Source: Eukaryota sp. GEM-RC1
Taxonomy: Eukaryota
Assembly (NCBI GenBank): GCA_040285855.1
Contig: JAUFOQ010000004.1
Location: 1,736,001 to 1,800,000 of the forward strand
Reading direction: 5' to 3'
DNA: 64,000 nt
Shown here: piece by piece, positions 1 to 13,718 of the stretch
Position numbering within the stretch: position 1 is the stretch's first letter
Layout: every line of letters starts with the position of its first letter
Notes under the pieces: generated by a model
What the model was told of the DNA's origin: nothing
The model's database searches: none
Seen by the model: only the letters and a program-made list of their open reading frames with translations
Position numbers and translations under genes: made by a program

Positions 1-934
1 ATAAACAATGAGGCAACCTAAATATACAACTAAAAATACAAAATGAATAAATATAGAAAAGACAAACACGACAATTTTTGTCGTGCGACAAAAATATATC
101 ATGAGGTCATATATCTGTGATTGCTGAAGTGCAATCACAAGTGATTGACAACACTTTCCCACAGCAAAATGTCAAGAGGAATCTCATCTCCGAATGAAGT
201 TGATGTGTAGAACATCCAAAACAACAGTTGCAAAGAAACGTTGTCAGTGATGTATCCCCAAAGAGCAAATCCCATGGCGACGTGGAGGAAGTGTTCCTCT
301 TAAACAACTTTTGGGCTTTGAGATGCTGCATCTTTGTTTGGCTTCCATGAGAAATAAAATTATTTGAAATTTGTTCCAAAAGAACAAATTGAATTCGGGA
401 ATTGATCTGAATCAATTGGGGTTTAATCAGATAATTATCAACAGTGATTGGTAAATTGAGGTTGAAAATTGAATCACGAGCATCTATTCCTAGACTATCA
501 AATGAACCATTAGAAATTACTAAAATTTCAAAAATTAAGACATTGTTTTGAACAGTAGTCAATTGTGAAGTGAATTCTCCAAATATAATACTTCTTTCTA
601 TAGCTGCGTACTCGTAGAAATGAATACCGTCAACTTCCAGCGAAATTCATTAACGACCGTTAAGGTGAACATCAGTGCACCTTAAAACTCCTTCTTGATT
701 GTATACCCACACATTCTCTCATTGGATTTTAGTACATTTTGAAGCTAAATAACGGACGTGCTTAGTAGAAACCGCAAACTGCTAAGTCGAAACACAAATT
801 TGCTTCTACGATTTAATGTCTAGTGTATTTGGACAGTCGTTATGTATAACTAAAACTTTTAGTGCTTCAAAATTAGAACATATCGAGACTTAACAGTTTC
901 TTCTCCTTTGGACATTTCTGAACAGGCCAAACAG

Positions 935-1249
935 GATAAGTACAAGAAACCATTGCTAGCTTTAAAACATGTAAAACATGTTGAATACGAATTATGCCCT
1001 TTGCTGTTTCAATTTACGGACGTTTAGGAAAAGTGCAATGAATTTGCTAAACGATTTCGGAAAAATCGTAAAAATAGGATGAACAAACGTTTTGATCATA
1101 TGTTATGGTTGAATCGGATCGTTTTACTGTTTTTAAAACAGTTCCCTAATCATCTCCAAAGCGTTATTAGCAGTGAGTGTCATTTATGAGGACAAAGCTG
1201 TTGTAGGTTTGATAGCGACGGGTGTTATTTTAATGACATCAAATTTTAG
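935..1249 (+). mobile_element. 3' fragment of a CRE-like non-LTR retrotransposon (C-terminus of the restriction-like endonuclease), frameshifted
   Basis: Translates with frameshifts to KYKKPLLALKHVKHVEYELCP..SIYGRLG...WLNRIVFTVFK...FNDIKF*. This matches the K..KY...PF...G..G tail of RLE elements and other copies in the window. Confidence 0.6.
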
Positions 1250-1379
1250 TTGTTTGATCTATTACATTTATTATAAACTCTAATTTTTCGTTTGTATAGT
1301 TGCTCTGAGGGCCTGATATTTATATTAACAACTTTGGTAGCACTCGTTTAACTTATTCTAAATGTAATAGACTAAACAA

Positions 1380-1650
1380 TTAAAATTTGATATCATTAAA
1401 ACAACACCCGTCTCTATCAAATCTTACAACAGCTTTATCCTCATAAGGGAACTCACAGCTAATAAAGCTGTGGAGATGATTAGGGAATTGTTTTAAAAAT
1501 AGTAAAAACAAAACAATTCAACAATAACAAGTGATCAAAACATTTTTTCATCCTATTTTTTAGCATTGTTCCCAAATCGCTTAAAACATTCATATATTCT
1601 ATATTTCCTAAACAGCCATAAATTGAAACAGCAAAAAGCATAATTCATAT
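1380..1650 (-). mobile_element. 3' fragment of the same CRE-like RLE family, tail-to-tail with 935-1249
   Basis: Reverse-complement similarity to 935-1249 and 6261-6570; the downstream UTR (1290-1379) is shared with 6164-6260. Confidence 0.6.
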
Positions 1651-1751
1651 TAGAAATCTAATGAATATGGTGATCTGAACATAGTTTAACTGGAAGAACA
1701 ACAAATCTAGAATTTTGTTTGGAAGCCCTATAAGGATATATTTGTTTTTTG

Positions 1752-2404
1752 CAGTGTTGTACCATGACCGCCATAACTGCCATGCGTGCCATGCGTCCAT
1801 AGGCACATGACATTTTCTGATTATGGCCGTGTTGTTATGGCGTGTTAACACGTGTTGTTATTCCAACAATGACAATGTACTGCATGAGCATGTACAGTAG
1901 TTCTATGATATGTATACTTAAAGAATGTTATTTATTAAACCTATATAAAGAGTTCTAATAGTCAGAATCGCTGTCCATGCTGTGTTCTGTCAATCCTTGT
2001 TTCATAAGACCAGCTTGTTTCTGGAATTTGGAATTAAAGAGCACATACACTAACTTCCTAGCTCTTTCACATGCTCCTGCTGAACATACTTGAGATTTAC
2101 TTAATGGCAAGTTTCTTAAATACACAGGCTGCTGTACCATTTTATTTCCACCATGTGATAGGAGTAAGAGAATCATCAAAATCAGAACTCGATTGAAATT
2201 GATTGTGAATTGAATTGTATGAGAACAGATTTACAATTACAAACCAATAATACATGCTGTGATATATCGATATGTGTTCATTTACGTAATATCCACTAAC
2301 TTGGTTGGATATCAAAATATTGTCAATGCGCCATGCGTCCGAGAGCCATGACCCATAGGCCATCGGCGCATGGCATTTGAAAACTCGGTTATGGTATAAC
2401 ACTG
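1752..2404. mobile_element. Non-autonomous hAT element (MITE)
   Basis: TIRs CAGTGTTGTACCATGACCG and the reverse complement CAGTGTTATACCATAACCG; perfect 8-bp TSD GTTTTTTG (1744-1751, 2405-2412); CCATGCG subterminal repeats; hAT dimerisation remnant SAGACER..KLVYVLFN on the minus strand. Confidence 0.9.
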
Positions 2405-2461
2405 GTTTTTTGTGGTCTTGCTGCATAAAACTTCTCCTCCTCCTATGTCTGATGTATGCTT

Positions 2462-2701
2462 CTAGAACATCTTTATTGCAACTCTACAACTTGTACGATC
2501 TTTACGCTTATGACCAATCTCACCACAATTTCCACACGGTTGTTTGCAGGTCTTTTGGTAGTGACCTAATGCATTACAATTCTTACAAACTGTTTTCTTT
2601 CTCGGAATTGGATCTAATTGATCAGCAGTCAACTGACCAAAGACCATCAGTGGCAGCATCCCAACGATGGATCGAAACAAAGGCGTAACAACACAGAACA
2701 A
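2462..2701 (-). pseudogene. Zinc-knuckle fragment, probably the C-terminus of a transposon protein
   Basis: CKNCNALGHYQKTC and CGNCGEIGH motifs. Confidence 0.4.
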
Positions 2702-3613
2702 GGATTCCGATGATCATGAATCGAAATCGAGTGTAGAACAGTGAATTCAAATCTGAAATTGTTCACGATCTCTCTTCTTGTTCTATAACCTTTCAAGAAA
2801 CCTTTCTCACACACTACAACATTTCTTTTGAGGAAAATCCAAACGGAAAGGACATCAGTCTGCGTGTTTCTGGTGATGTGTTTCATTTACAAAGATCTCA
2901 GCTTTTGCACTGATCATTGAAACGTAGCGACTGTTTCGTCATTCGATTAACACTTATCACACGATCCATACATATACCAACAATGATCATCCACAAAGCG
3001 ATTTCCTTCAGCACCTTGGGTTGTCCTATATCTGTAACACTTTCACATAGCATGTCTTCGAAGTTTGGACAGGACCTTTCTAGTCGAGAGTCACTAACAC
3101 ATTCTTCTACCTGTAATGCATCATAACAAGAGCATCACACTAGCATGAAGATATGTGAACGTTTCATGCCAAAACAGTGCATGAATCTTGGACTTACGTT
3201 GTCCCTTCTATACAAACTGAATCAATGACATTGTTTCACATCATATATCTTTACTGTTAGTTATCATGATTTTAAGAACATATATGTAGAAGTACAATAT
3301 CATGAATCCTGGAAAATTTGACATTAATTTAGTGGCAATGATTGTTGCTTTAATGGTATTGAGTTCCAGTTTTTGTGTTTATCTTACTGCTTCTGTTCCA
3401 CATGTATAATGATAAACAGTTTTTAAAAACATTGATGCCACAGAAAGCCAATGTGAAATACACATTAATGTGGGTTTTGTCGCAAATCTCATTGTTGAAA
3501 GTCTGCAAAATAGAACAACACATGTACTAAGATGATCATATCCCATGTAATCTCCCCTAACCTTATGTTGCAATAGACAAACAGCAAATCCTGAGAAACG
3601 GTGTTGTATTCAC

Positions 3614-4473
3614 CAGTGTTGCACCGTACGCTCTCCATTTTCCAAAAAAACGCGTTTTATTTGCGTTTTCGCGTTTTTCTAAAAAAACGCATAAATCTGC
3701 TCCAAAAAATGACCATTTCCGTTTCTCCTCCCCTAACTCTTCTCTGTTCAAATTCAATACATTCCCACCCTCTTATGAATGGATGCAAAACCTCCATGAT
3801 AGTTCACTACCACTTCTGTGCATAAGAAGTGGTAGAAGGATTTTGTTTTCTTCCAGAATGACTCGAACCTCACAGCACCTGCTAAGTACATCTCGTACAT
3901 TGTGATCTGATCTAGCACATACATGTCCACGGCTTGGAGACGCTATACCTAAGTGATCTCAGTGATGGTCAACCTCCACAGCACTATTCTTCTTCCTCTA
4001 GTCCATGGATCGTAGCTGACAGGACAAGAATCAAACCCACTGTTTGGTGGGAATGATATGAAAGTAGCGTATCCATTTTGTAAAGAGCAGCAATCAAGTT
4101 AATTAACCCAGTCACATGCTGAACGAGTTTTGTTTATCCCAGACTGGATTCATTAGAAGCGATCTACCGATTTACATGAAACTCGAATCTAGAAATTAGT
4201 TGTTGTACACGTAGTTAGCCAACACTTAAGGCTGAAGATAGTTTTGCAGAGAACATCCCGGATGTGAACCCCCTTGAACATCTTTCTCTCCCTAATTAAC
4301 GATCTAGTACTTGTTTCTGTAATATATGAATATATTTTGATCTAATGAATTTCAGTTTATAGCATATGAGTTAAATCATGTATAAATGTATTTATGAAAA
4401 ACGCTGGACCAGCAAAAAAACGCGTTTTATAGGAAAACGCGTTTTTGCGTACGAACACGTGTGTGCAACACTG
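3614..4473. mobile_element. Non-autonomous hAT element (MITE)
   Basis: TIRs CAGTGTTGCAC / GTGCAACACTG; perfect 8-bp TSD GTATTCAC (3606-3613, 4474-4481); AAAACGCGTTTT subterminal motifs at both ends. Confidence 0.9.
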
Positions 4474-6260
4474 GTATTCACATCATGACCTAAATTCAAA
4501 TCGTATTCAGGACTCTTCTCTGTCGAATCAAAGATTCCTTTGACATCACTTCTATTGTCTCTTCTCTTCGAAACGATTGTGTCAAAAGTGACATATCTTC
4601 TTACGATACTAGGTGAAGAAGTATCACTCTGCTTCTGAACTTGCTTGTGTTACGTATATGACCTGACACTCGTAGACCTACCGTATACTTCAACAGGTAT
4701 CATACCGTGTTCTTCACCATCCCACTCATGGCTGTATCCTTCACAGCTCAATAGTTTGTCCAATTCTCACATTCCTCACCAAAGCAACGTCCCTGATCTA
4801 TACAGAGAACTACACAAACGATGGCCTGACAAGTTCTTCAAAGCTGCTCTCATCAAGTGTATCATTTGCTTGTTAATACACGTAGAATTCTCGATATCTG
4901 GGTATCTGTTATCAAAGGAAACTCATTCCTTCTTAATGATGAGCTTTTAATCATAAAGATGGATTCACTCTGACCTTGTCGTTTCCCGTTCTTCTCATCA
5001 TCCAAAGCACAACCGAAACCATAACTTTAGATGATCCTAACTGGAGTGTTGACCTTATGAGCCATGTTCGAACATTGTTAATGAATTTGGACGGTACTAG
5101 TTCAAAATGAAACATATATTGTGAGTCACAACCTTATCTTTCCATAAATACAAAGCATGTAACTGTTGGACATAGTAAAGCTTATTCTGTACACAAAAGG
5201 GCCCTTCCTACAAAACTATCGTAGACAAGCAACATTAGATGTGCGACAAGCAATTCTTGTATTGGGATCCTTTAATGTGGTGAAGTGGCCACACCTTTGA
5301 GTTGACAAGTACTTCATACAGTATTTCGTACCGTCACATGTCCATTGAATGACCATTATAGCAGGTTACTTACAAGAATAATAATATGATCGACTTCTTC
5401 GAACAACTCTACAACAAGAAGTGTGTATCCAGCATGGTATCGGAAGGACGTTTACAGCTCCCAACTTCATAATTCATTATAATATACTCCGTGTATAGTT
5501 AGTTTAACTCGAAACAAGACTCTCGAAACTCTTAGAGAACAATGCAGGTACAAGTAAACACTTTTAGGTGCTAATATTGGGACACTTATGATATGAATTT
5601 GTTACAGAATTTGTACAACAAACGAACTACACTCAGATTAAATCCAAACGGTTTCAACCCTATCCGTTAACCGATAACATTAACCGTCACACCAAATTTG
5701 TACAGTTCATCAAATAACTGAGAGAATTAGAACGTCGTATATTCTACTAAATGGTAAACAAAATACGGGTTTTCCATTCAGACATTCTAAACTTGCGATT
5801 CTTTTATTTCCAAAAATTCTGGGAAAATTGCTTACCTGTAGGACTAATCGATGAAAAAGAGAAACATGAAGAGGTAGGAACACGGATTTAGAATATGCTT
5901 TTCGATTTAAATATTCTACTCGAAAGTCATACTTGAAATGTTGAAACTGGATACTTTTCTTCTGGATGGAAGAAAACAGGAATAATAACAAAAATCGTAT
6001 CAAGAAAAAATAATGCGACTAAAGAAATCTGTGAAATTTGTTTATCGAATCCGACTAGATATTGATGACTTGGATTCAGCAATAACCAAGGAAGATGAAA
6101 ATTTTCTTGAATATATTTTCTATCGATAAATACGTACTTCGTATTCGACTTAACAGTTTCAACTTGTATAGTTGCTCTCAGGGCCTGATATATATATATT
6201 GAAAATTTTGGTAGCAGTCGTTTAATGTTTAATTTATTCTAAATGTAATAGACTAAACAA

Positions 6261-6570
6261 TTAAAATTTTGTTATCATTAAAACCACTCCCGTCGCTATC
6301 AAATCTGGAAGAGCTTTCTCCTCATAAAAGGAGCTCACAGCTAATACAGCTTTGGAGATGTTTAGGGGAATTGTTGTAAAAATAGTAAAAACGATACAAT
6401 TGAACCATAACATATGAACAAAATATTTGTGCATCCTAATCTTTAGCATTTTTCCCAAATCGTATAAAAAATTCAATGTACTATTTCCTAAACGGCCATA
6501 GACTGAAACACCAAAAGGGCATAGTTCATATTCAACATGTTTGACATGTTTTAGAGCCATCAATGATTTT
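6261..6570 (-). mobile_element. 3' fragment of a CRE-like non-LTR retrotransposon (RLE tail)
   Basis: ORF ALKHVKHVEYELCPFGVSVYGRLGNSTLNFLYDLGK; homologous to the other copies. Confidence 0.6.
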
Positions 6571-6765
6571 AGTGATGGAAATAGATACAAGATCGGGATG
6601 GAGAGAAATCAAAAAGTTAGATCATTTTTGTGTGTATTCTAAATTATCAGGATCTTTTTCAACAGCAATCATTGCAATGTCTTCATCATCTCGTAATCTT
6701 TTTATAAATTCTTTAAATAGTCTTGGTTGAATTTCAACCACAGTTCGAAATGCGAACTTGTTATT

Positions 6766-7440
6766 CAGTTGCCGCACGTATTCCACACGTGCGCGTATGG
6801 AGTAAGGCAGAACATGTGCGAGAATATCGTATTCTTACATAAACACGTGTTGCAATTCTTTTATCATATGGTCCATTTCATTAGAACATAACACTGATGC
6901 TTTAAATGAGTTTTATGATTCCAAGTACAAACGTACATGTAGCATTTACAAAAACAATCATCATGGCAAAAAATGAAGAAATGTTTACCCAAATCTTTGT
7001 GGGAAAAAATGGCTCACGAGATGGTATTCTTCGTTCGTGACAGCTTCTAATGGTGCTGCCGACAGAAATTGGATTGTGCAATCCATCATTAAAACCAAGA
7101 AACGCAATAGGATGAAAGCTTCACTCCTGAATGATTTGGTATTTCTTTACGCCAATCACAGACTGAAACACCAAATTATTAAAATCGTGGAAAAGATGTT
7201 GTGATCCACTGGGAAATTGATCAGTATATTGCTGAACCTCAAGATGCGGACCATTACATTCTTGAATATGAACCAGAAGACCATATTGTTGTGAATCCCT
7301 ACCTTAATGCAGTGTTGTAGTCCTTGTTTCATCAATTCAATATTATTCTATAATGTAAAATAGGTGCTGGTTAACAGAAAAGAGGATTAAGAAGAACAAT
7401 ACGTTGGAATACGGTAAAAAGAAGCCGTACGTATTCCGAA
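6766..7440 (+). mobile_element. Internally deleted hAT remnant; right end abuts the MULE element
   Basis: TASNGAADRNW...KKRNRMKASLLNDLVFLYAN (hAT dimerisation domain) at ~7040-7165; CGTATTCC-type motifs at both ends. Confidence 0.6.
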
Positions 7441-7449
7441 GAGAACGGC

Positions 7450-9580
7450 TAAGAGTGTGACAGAATTTCAATTTGGAATTTCAGATTTCTTATGTGTGTG
7501 ACAGAATTTGAATTCCCAACTTGATGATGTGAAGATGAATAAAAGACTTTATAGATATACAAAACTAGAATACAGATTAGGGATGAAACTTCTTGTTGGC
7601 TTTGGTATGTCCAGATAGACCGCAGATGCTGCACGTAAAGGGATTTCTCTTAGTACGAGTAGTTCTCTTGGTATTGTTACATAAAGGTGGAGGAGAAGGT
7701 GAGAGAGGTTGAGTTGCAGACTCATCAGAGAGAGTCGAAGATGGATTTCTAGAGTGTTTGATATCCACCGGCTTAGGATAGTTATTCTGTGCTGTCTGGA
7801 TGCCAGAGAGCATGATTTGTTCCAAACGAGAGCGAGTGGCATTATCTGCTGTTGTATACATTGGAAGCCAATTGTTCAAGTGGGTTCAATAAAGCAGGAG
7901 CAGAGAGATTTAACCACCATTGATGATCGAAGTCTTCCAATGTTAGAGCAGAGTCGTTGGAGATAAGTTCAACTAGTTCGTGTTTGCAAGGGAGTCCATT
8001 TACAGTTCTATTCCAATGGGAGCATTGAGGAGTTCTTTGGTCTAAAGATTCAACAGAGGATAGGACATTGTTAAGAGCGTAAGATGAGATTCTTCTAACA
8101 ACATGTTGGAAGAAGTCATTGTTAACAAGTCTTCTGTCAACTGCTGATTTATCATCAGCTACAGTTCTTCTGTAATCTGCTAACTGCTGAAAAATGTACT
8201 CATGTATTTGATGCATTGCCCCCATAACATCCCTTGAGGTCATTCGAGAAGTTGCTTTCAGTGCATTGTGTGCACTTTCGGCTCTGCCGGTAGTTCTCGT
8301 ATTGAAGTGCTTCAGTTTGTCGACATGGCAATGCAAGAAGTTTTTCGACACTTTCATAGTGTGATCAGTTAGATATTTGAGCACAGGTGCAAGTTGTTCA
8401 TCAGCAGAATATTTTCGATTCATTTCTTCCCACATTGTTGCAGCTGTTTCTTCACTAGATTCATACACCATTTCGTCAAACATTTCAACAAATGTCTTCC
8501 TTTTTGACTCTTCAACAGAACGTTTGTAGCCATTCAAGTTCTGTTTAATATGAAACCAGCAAAGTAGATGGTGGGCAGATGGATAGAGATCTCGGATGGC
8601 TTTTAAGAGGGCTTTGTCCTGATCAGTAACTATAATGCTGGGAGTCACTGGGAAAACATTATAAAACATCATTAACGCTACTTTGTATGCAGCATTATTT
8701 TCATTTGTCATGAAAATATGTGCAACAACCAAAATGCTGTTAGTACACGTCTTCACAGCTATGGTGAATAAAGGCATATTAAATCTATTAGTTGAATATG
8801 TTGAATCCATTATCAACATACTAGCATACCTTCTGCCTAAAGTGATCGTTTCTTTATTCGAGATTAAGACACAAAATGGGTCTTCATTCACCTGAATATA
8901 GTACCGATCACCATATTCGCGTGCAGCGGCCTCAATGCAGGAATCTTCACCAAGAATTTCTTTGCGCATAGCTTGGCGGTGATTCGTTACATCTTTCCGA
9001 GTGAGATTTGTGGGACCATCTAGCCAGTTAACATCAGCCAAAACACTTCTACCTGGATACATGGGATTTAAAGACTCGAGTATATTATGCTGGCTTGGAG
9101 ACACAACACGGTGATGAAAGAGTGTGGAAGTCTCTTCCAACATCTCATGAGAATGGCCATTTACTCGAGGGTAAGCAAGCCACTGGCCTTCAGATGTTCT
9201 AGTTACATAAACCTTCCAGGGACACTGTGATTTTCGTGTTTTTCGTGTTCTTATATTGTCAACTCGCTGTTTAAAAGTACCAGAGGCATGGCCAGTAAAA
9301 TAACAGCGACCACGTTCTTCAGTTCCACCTTCAATTCTAATTGCAAAACCATGGTCGGCAGCATAAGTCTGCCAAGACAAGAAACAATCATCGAATGTGT
9401 TAAAAAGAAGCTGGTTTGGATTTGTTGGAAAGAGAGTAACATGTAGGATGTTGGGTACCATAAATGTCACACGTATAAGAAAAAGAAAATTGTATTGTCA
9501 CAGATATAAGAAAATGTGGGTTGTTTTGTCCCATTTTGTCACACCTATAAGAATTTGAAATTACATTTGTCACACTCCTA
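7450..9580 (-). mobile_element. MULE/Mutator DNA transposon
   Basis: Imperfect TIRs TAAGAGTGTGACA... and ...TGTCACACTCCTA with repeated GTGTGACA, flanking a transposase ORF. No clear 9-bp TSD. Confidence 0.8.
7577..9470 (-). CDS. MULE transposase (FAR1-like DNA-binding domain, DDE core, SWIM-like finger, C-terminal knuckle); one frameshift near 7870
   Basis: YAADHGFAIR, CPWKV..HSH, LIMDSTYSTNRFNMPL, IVTDQDKAL, LLCWFHIKQN, TTGRAESAHNALK, GLPCKH, CSICGLSGH. Confidence 0.9.
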
Positions 9581-9782
9581 TACCTAGCCCACGTTCGGAA
9601 TTGTCTTAATCTGCCATTTTCAGAAAATAAAATCATTTTTATTTAAATTTCAAAACTACATGTTTATGAAAATTTTGACCCAAACCAACTGGATTTGAAA
9701 TATATCTAATGACATCTTGAACAAATTCTGTTGGATGATGTGTAGGTCCAAATAAGCAAATCAAATTAGAATGGGGAAACTC

Positions 9783-10868
9783 TAGGATTGTCCAGGTTCG
9801 GGTTTTGGTTCTAACCCGAACCTCTTATCTCAGAACCTGACTGGAACCCGAACTTGTGGGGTTAGTACCTAGGAACTTTTAGAACCTGACTATAATAAGA
9901 TACAATGAATTAGTTTTTATTTGTGTCAACATTATTGTCCAGAAGATGAAGGAGCGAATAGTGACGAGTAAGTAGAATTGTTCTGTTCATTTATATTATA
10001 TAGTTTTACATTTAAATGCAGTAGAACTTTTTGAAAACGATCAAATGACTTCCAATAGTTTCCAATACATTATGAACAATAGTATTGTATTGGCTTCCCA
10101 AACAAGTAATACAATTGTATTGACTTTCCAAAAGAACAATCCAATATTTCCAAGCTCTGCATATACCTATATACCCAGTTTGATTGTGATGATAATTGTC
10201 TTGGTTGATTTGGAGGAAGAGCAGGCCAAGGAGGAAGAGTCGACGCTAAGAGGTTCTTCGGCAGGTGCATCAATATTACTCATAGGATAGAAATGATTTT
10301 ATAATTTTACTAATTGAACAAAGTTGATCATACTAAATGAAGGAAAAAGGGGTTCGAGGTTCTAACCTGGATCCTTAGTGTTGGGAACCTAACTGGAACC
10401 TTAATTGGAACCTGGGTTCCAACCCAGGTTAGAACCGTGTGACCCACACCAATTACTACTACGAAACGTTTCTGAAACGTTAATGACTCCACGGAAACGC
10501 ATCCGAAACGTCAATAAATGTTTCCAAAACTTGATGATTACCGATAATTTCTTGAAAAGTATGTTCCGTTTTATTGTACTTTATTGGTATTTATATGAAT
10601 GTTACCAATAAAGTTGGATGCACAGTAGCAAACCGCTAAAACGAAAACACTTGCTGGCAAAACTGTACTTTGTGATCCAATTCTCTCTCTAAATTTCAAT
10701 TTCATAACATTGGGAAGTACAATCCATAACAACACGTATGACACCTGCACCTTCAACAAAGAAATGGTAAAACAAATACTAGTATATACCAGTCAACCGG
10801 AATTTTTTCGAAGAGAGAATGTTGGTGGAGAAAAATGGAGATGTAGAACCCGAACCTGGACAGTCCTA
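9783..10868. mobile_element. hAT-type MITE (GGTTC/GAACC family) with extra internal sequence
   Basis: TIRs TAGGATTGTCCAGGTTCGGG / CCCGAACCTGGACAGTCCTA; TSD GGAAACTC / GTAAACTC (1 mismatch); homologous to 48577-49322. Confidence 0.85.
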
Positions 10869-11569
10869 GTAAACTCCAAAGTATTCGTACAATAATCTTG
10901 GAACTTTTCTGGTTTCTGTTTACGGGCAAGAGATTTAGCTCCTTCTCTACACGTGGGAAAATGCGTCATTATTATTATCCTTTTATCTTGATTATCAAAC
11001 ACCATTTCTTGTAACCATTCATATTGTTCTAAATTTACTCTATTAAATGTTTCAGGTGATAATGGTTAAATTTCCCCAATAATATTTTCTTTAATAAATT
11101 TAAAATCACTTAGAATAATCTGTATCTACTTGAGAAAATAATGTAGTACATTAAATGTACATCCTAAAAATAATGTATTGTCAACCATATCCGACCTCTT
11201 ATTCAATAAAGACATGTTTGGAAAAAGTAATGTAGTTTCTAAGTATAAACGTTCAATTTCATCAAAACTTTTTTCAGAATGAGCAAGGTCGTGATTACCC
11301 AATACAATAAATACCTTTTTAAATTTTTATGAATTGATTTTAAAAACTCATTTAAATCATTATTTAATATGCAAATACTAGTATCTGCTGCTAAAAATAA
11401 ATAATAGGATAATTTAGGAATATCAAATTCATTTCGTTCTTTTAAGTGATGATCAGAATATAATTGAAACTTCATTTAATAAAAAATAAGATCATTTTCT
11501 TATAGGCCAATAAACATATTGATGTTCACGTTTGTAATATTTAATAAATAGTCACTTTTCTCTCCCAGT

Positions 11570-12560
11570 GGCCAAAAAAAAGACTCTAAAGTTACTTGTT
11601 TAAAATGTGGACACGGTCCCTTCGTTGGAAGTGCGCAGCGAATGAAACAACATCTATAAGGACCTGCTGGGCTGGCATTAAAGCATGTACCAATTCGCCC
11701 ACTGATCTGCCTCCACTCCCAAGAAAGCGACAATCTCTTGCAAAATCTACTTTTCCCGCAACATCCCCTCCCCAAAAGAAGACAGGCCCTCTAGACCAAT
11801 TGTTTGACATCAAAGGCAAGAATGATCTTGATACCGTGATTTCTGCGGTCTTTTACAGATATGGAATTCCATTTAATGTTGCCCGCTCTGCCGAGTATCA
11901 CGATATGGTACAAGCTCTAATCAATTATCGACTTCCATACGTGCCTCCATCGTATGACGAATTAGGAACAACGTTATTGGAAGCAATGTGTTTCTCGTTT
12001 CAACAGCGTCTTTCTTCTTTTTTAGCAAATATTTATGAAACCGGTTGCTCCCTTGTGTTAGATGAGTGGACTGATCCTTGTGGTCGACCACTTGTGAACT
12101 TTATAATTGTGACACCTGATGGCGCAATGTTTTACGATTGTATTAATACTTTCGGTAAATCTAAAGACGGAAAGGCTATTTTTCTAGAAATTCAAAAAGT
12201 TATTGACATAATAAACCCAGCTTACATCACTAATGTTGTAACTGACAATGCTGGGCCAATGGTCAGTGCTGGTAGACTGATTGAAAAGAAATTTCGACGA
12301 ATTGTATGGACTCGCTGCCATTCGCACTGTGTAGATCTACTTCTGGAGATCTACTACAGAAGATGGAGCCCATTAAGACAATCATTTCTGATTCTAGAAA
12401 GCTGGTACAGTTCATTAAAAACCAGTCATCAGTATATGCTATTTTCAAAAATTGTCTCCTAATAAGACATTTTTGACTCCCGCTGCTACACGATTTGCGA
12501 CAAATTACAGTCTTGTGAAAAGGTATATTTTATCCACATTTACCCACTTTTGGAGACATT
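11570..12560 (+). pseudogene. hAT transposase (BED finger plus DUF659-type catalytic region), frameshifted and truncated
   Basis: VTCLKCGH...RMKQHL, FYRYGIPFNVA, PPSYDELGTTLL, GCSLVLDEWTD, VVTDNA, WTRCHSHCVDLLLE, PAATRFATN. Confidence 0.85.
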
Positions 12561-13718
12561 CTTCACTGGTGGTTACCATCCATCAAAGAAAACTGATGAT
12601 GTCGCTTTGAACCAATTCTCTGACAACCAAAACGCCCAAAATATCTCTGCTAACTCTTGATGCTACTCGTTTTGCCACCAATTAACAAATCTGCCAGAAA
12701 TTTGAGTAAAGTGTTTCTGACATTTATCGAAACTTTTGTGTTGCTCACTGTCTTGATTTGTTTCTTAAAGATCTTGAATCTGCTGAAAATTCAGTTGAGT
12801 TTTAGTATTAAATTAATGTGGTTCTAAATTTCTTCAATTATGTTGTTTTCAAAATCAATGCAAAACAAAAGTCTGGTTGAAAAGTACAGCGGATGTAGAC
12901 AATAGTTACACAAGTTAACAAGAGATTATACAAAGTCTAAGCACAAGATACGTCAAGGTGACGGTGACGTCGGGTGCAACCCTAGAAAAAGGGTTCTGAT
13001 TTAATCTTTTCATACACTTTCCGCAGGTAAATACAGAAATTCTAAGTGGAAGAAATTACTCCAGCCTCCGAATAGAACTACTGAAAGAATAATAAGACAA
13101 GAACTCAAAGAACATGTGGATGGTCGTTGTCCTGTGCAAAAATCAAATTTTTAAAATGAAGTCTGCGTGTCAATTGATGCAGTTTTCCATTTAACATATT
13201 ACATAGAGCTCCAACATTAGTACTACACACGCATTGTTATTAAGTGTGTTCGTGTTTGTGGTGAACAGGGAGAATAACAAACGAAGGGAAGTACTAGAGT
13301 TATAGGTATGTGTAGTTCTTGAAGAGGATGAGGAGTTGAAACTTGGAGAAGTTCTTGAAGAGAGTTTGAATTTAAGGTCCTGCCGAGAAAGATCGATGAT
13401 CTCTTTTCAGGATGGAAAGTATTTCGTTTGTTGATGGGAGAAGAGATTGTCGAAATGTCTCTAGTAAAAAAGGCACAGCCTGTGAGATGTATTCGTTGAA
13501 GGAGAGAAGCTCATCATAAAGAGTAGAAATTCCGTAAAGAGCGAGGAGATGGCTTACATGCTTCGTTCATAAGACAACTCTAATGAATATGGTGTTCTGA
13601 ACATAGTGTAATCGGAAGAACAACAAATCTAGAATTTTGTTTTGAAGAATATCATCAAATTTGATTATATCATGGTGATCATTAACCCAAGCAGTTGAAT
13701 GATGAATAACTATGGGAT

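Noticed and set aside
107..562. 151-aa ORF (likewise 27086-27424, 30268-30573 and 36519-36989)
   Set aside because: No recognisable motifs, so no product can be assigned.
4480..5700. Possible decayed LTR-retrotransposon pol
   Set aside because: Only vague resemblance; no recognisable YxDD or integrase motif.
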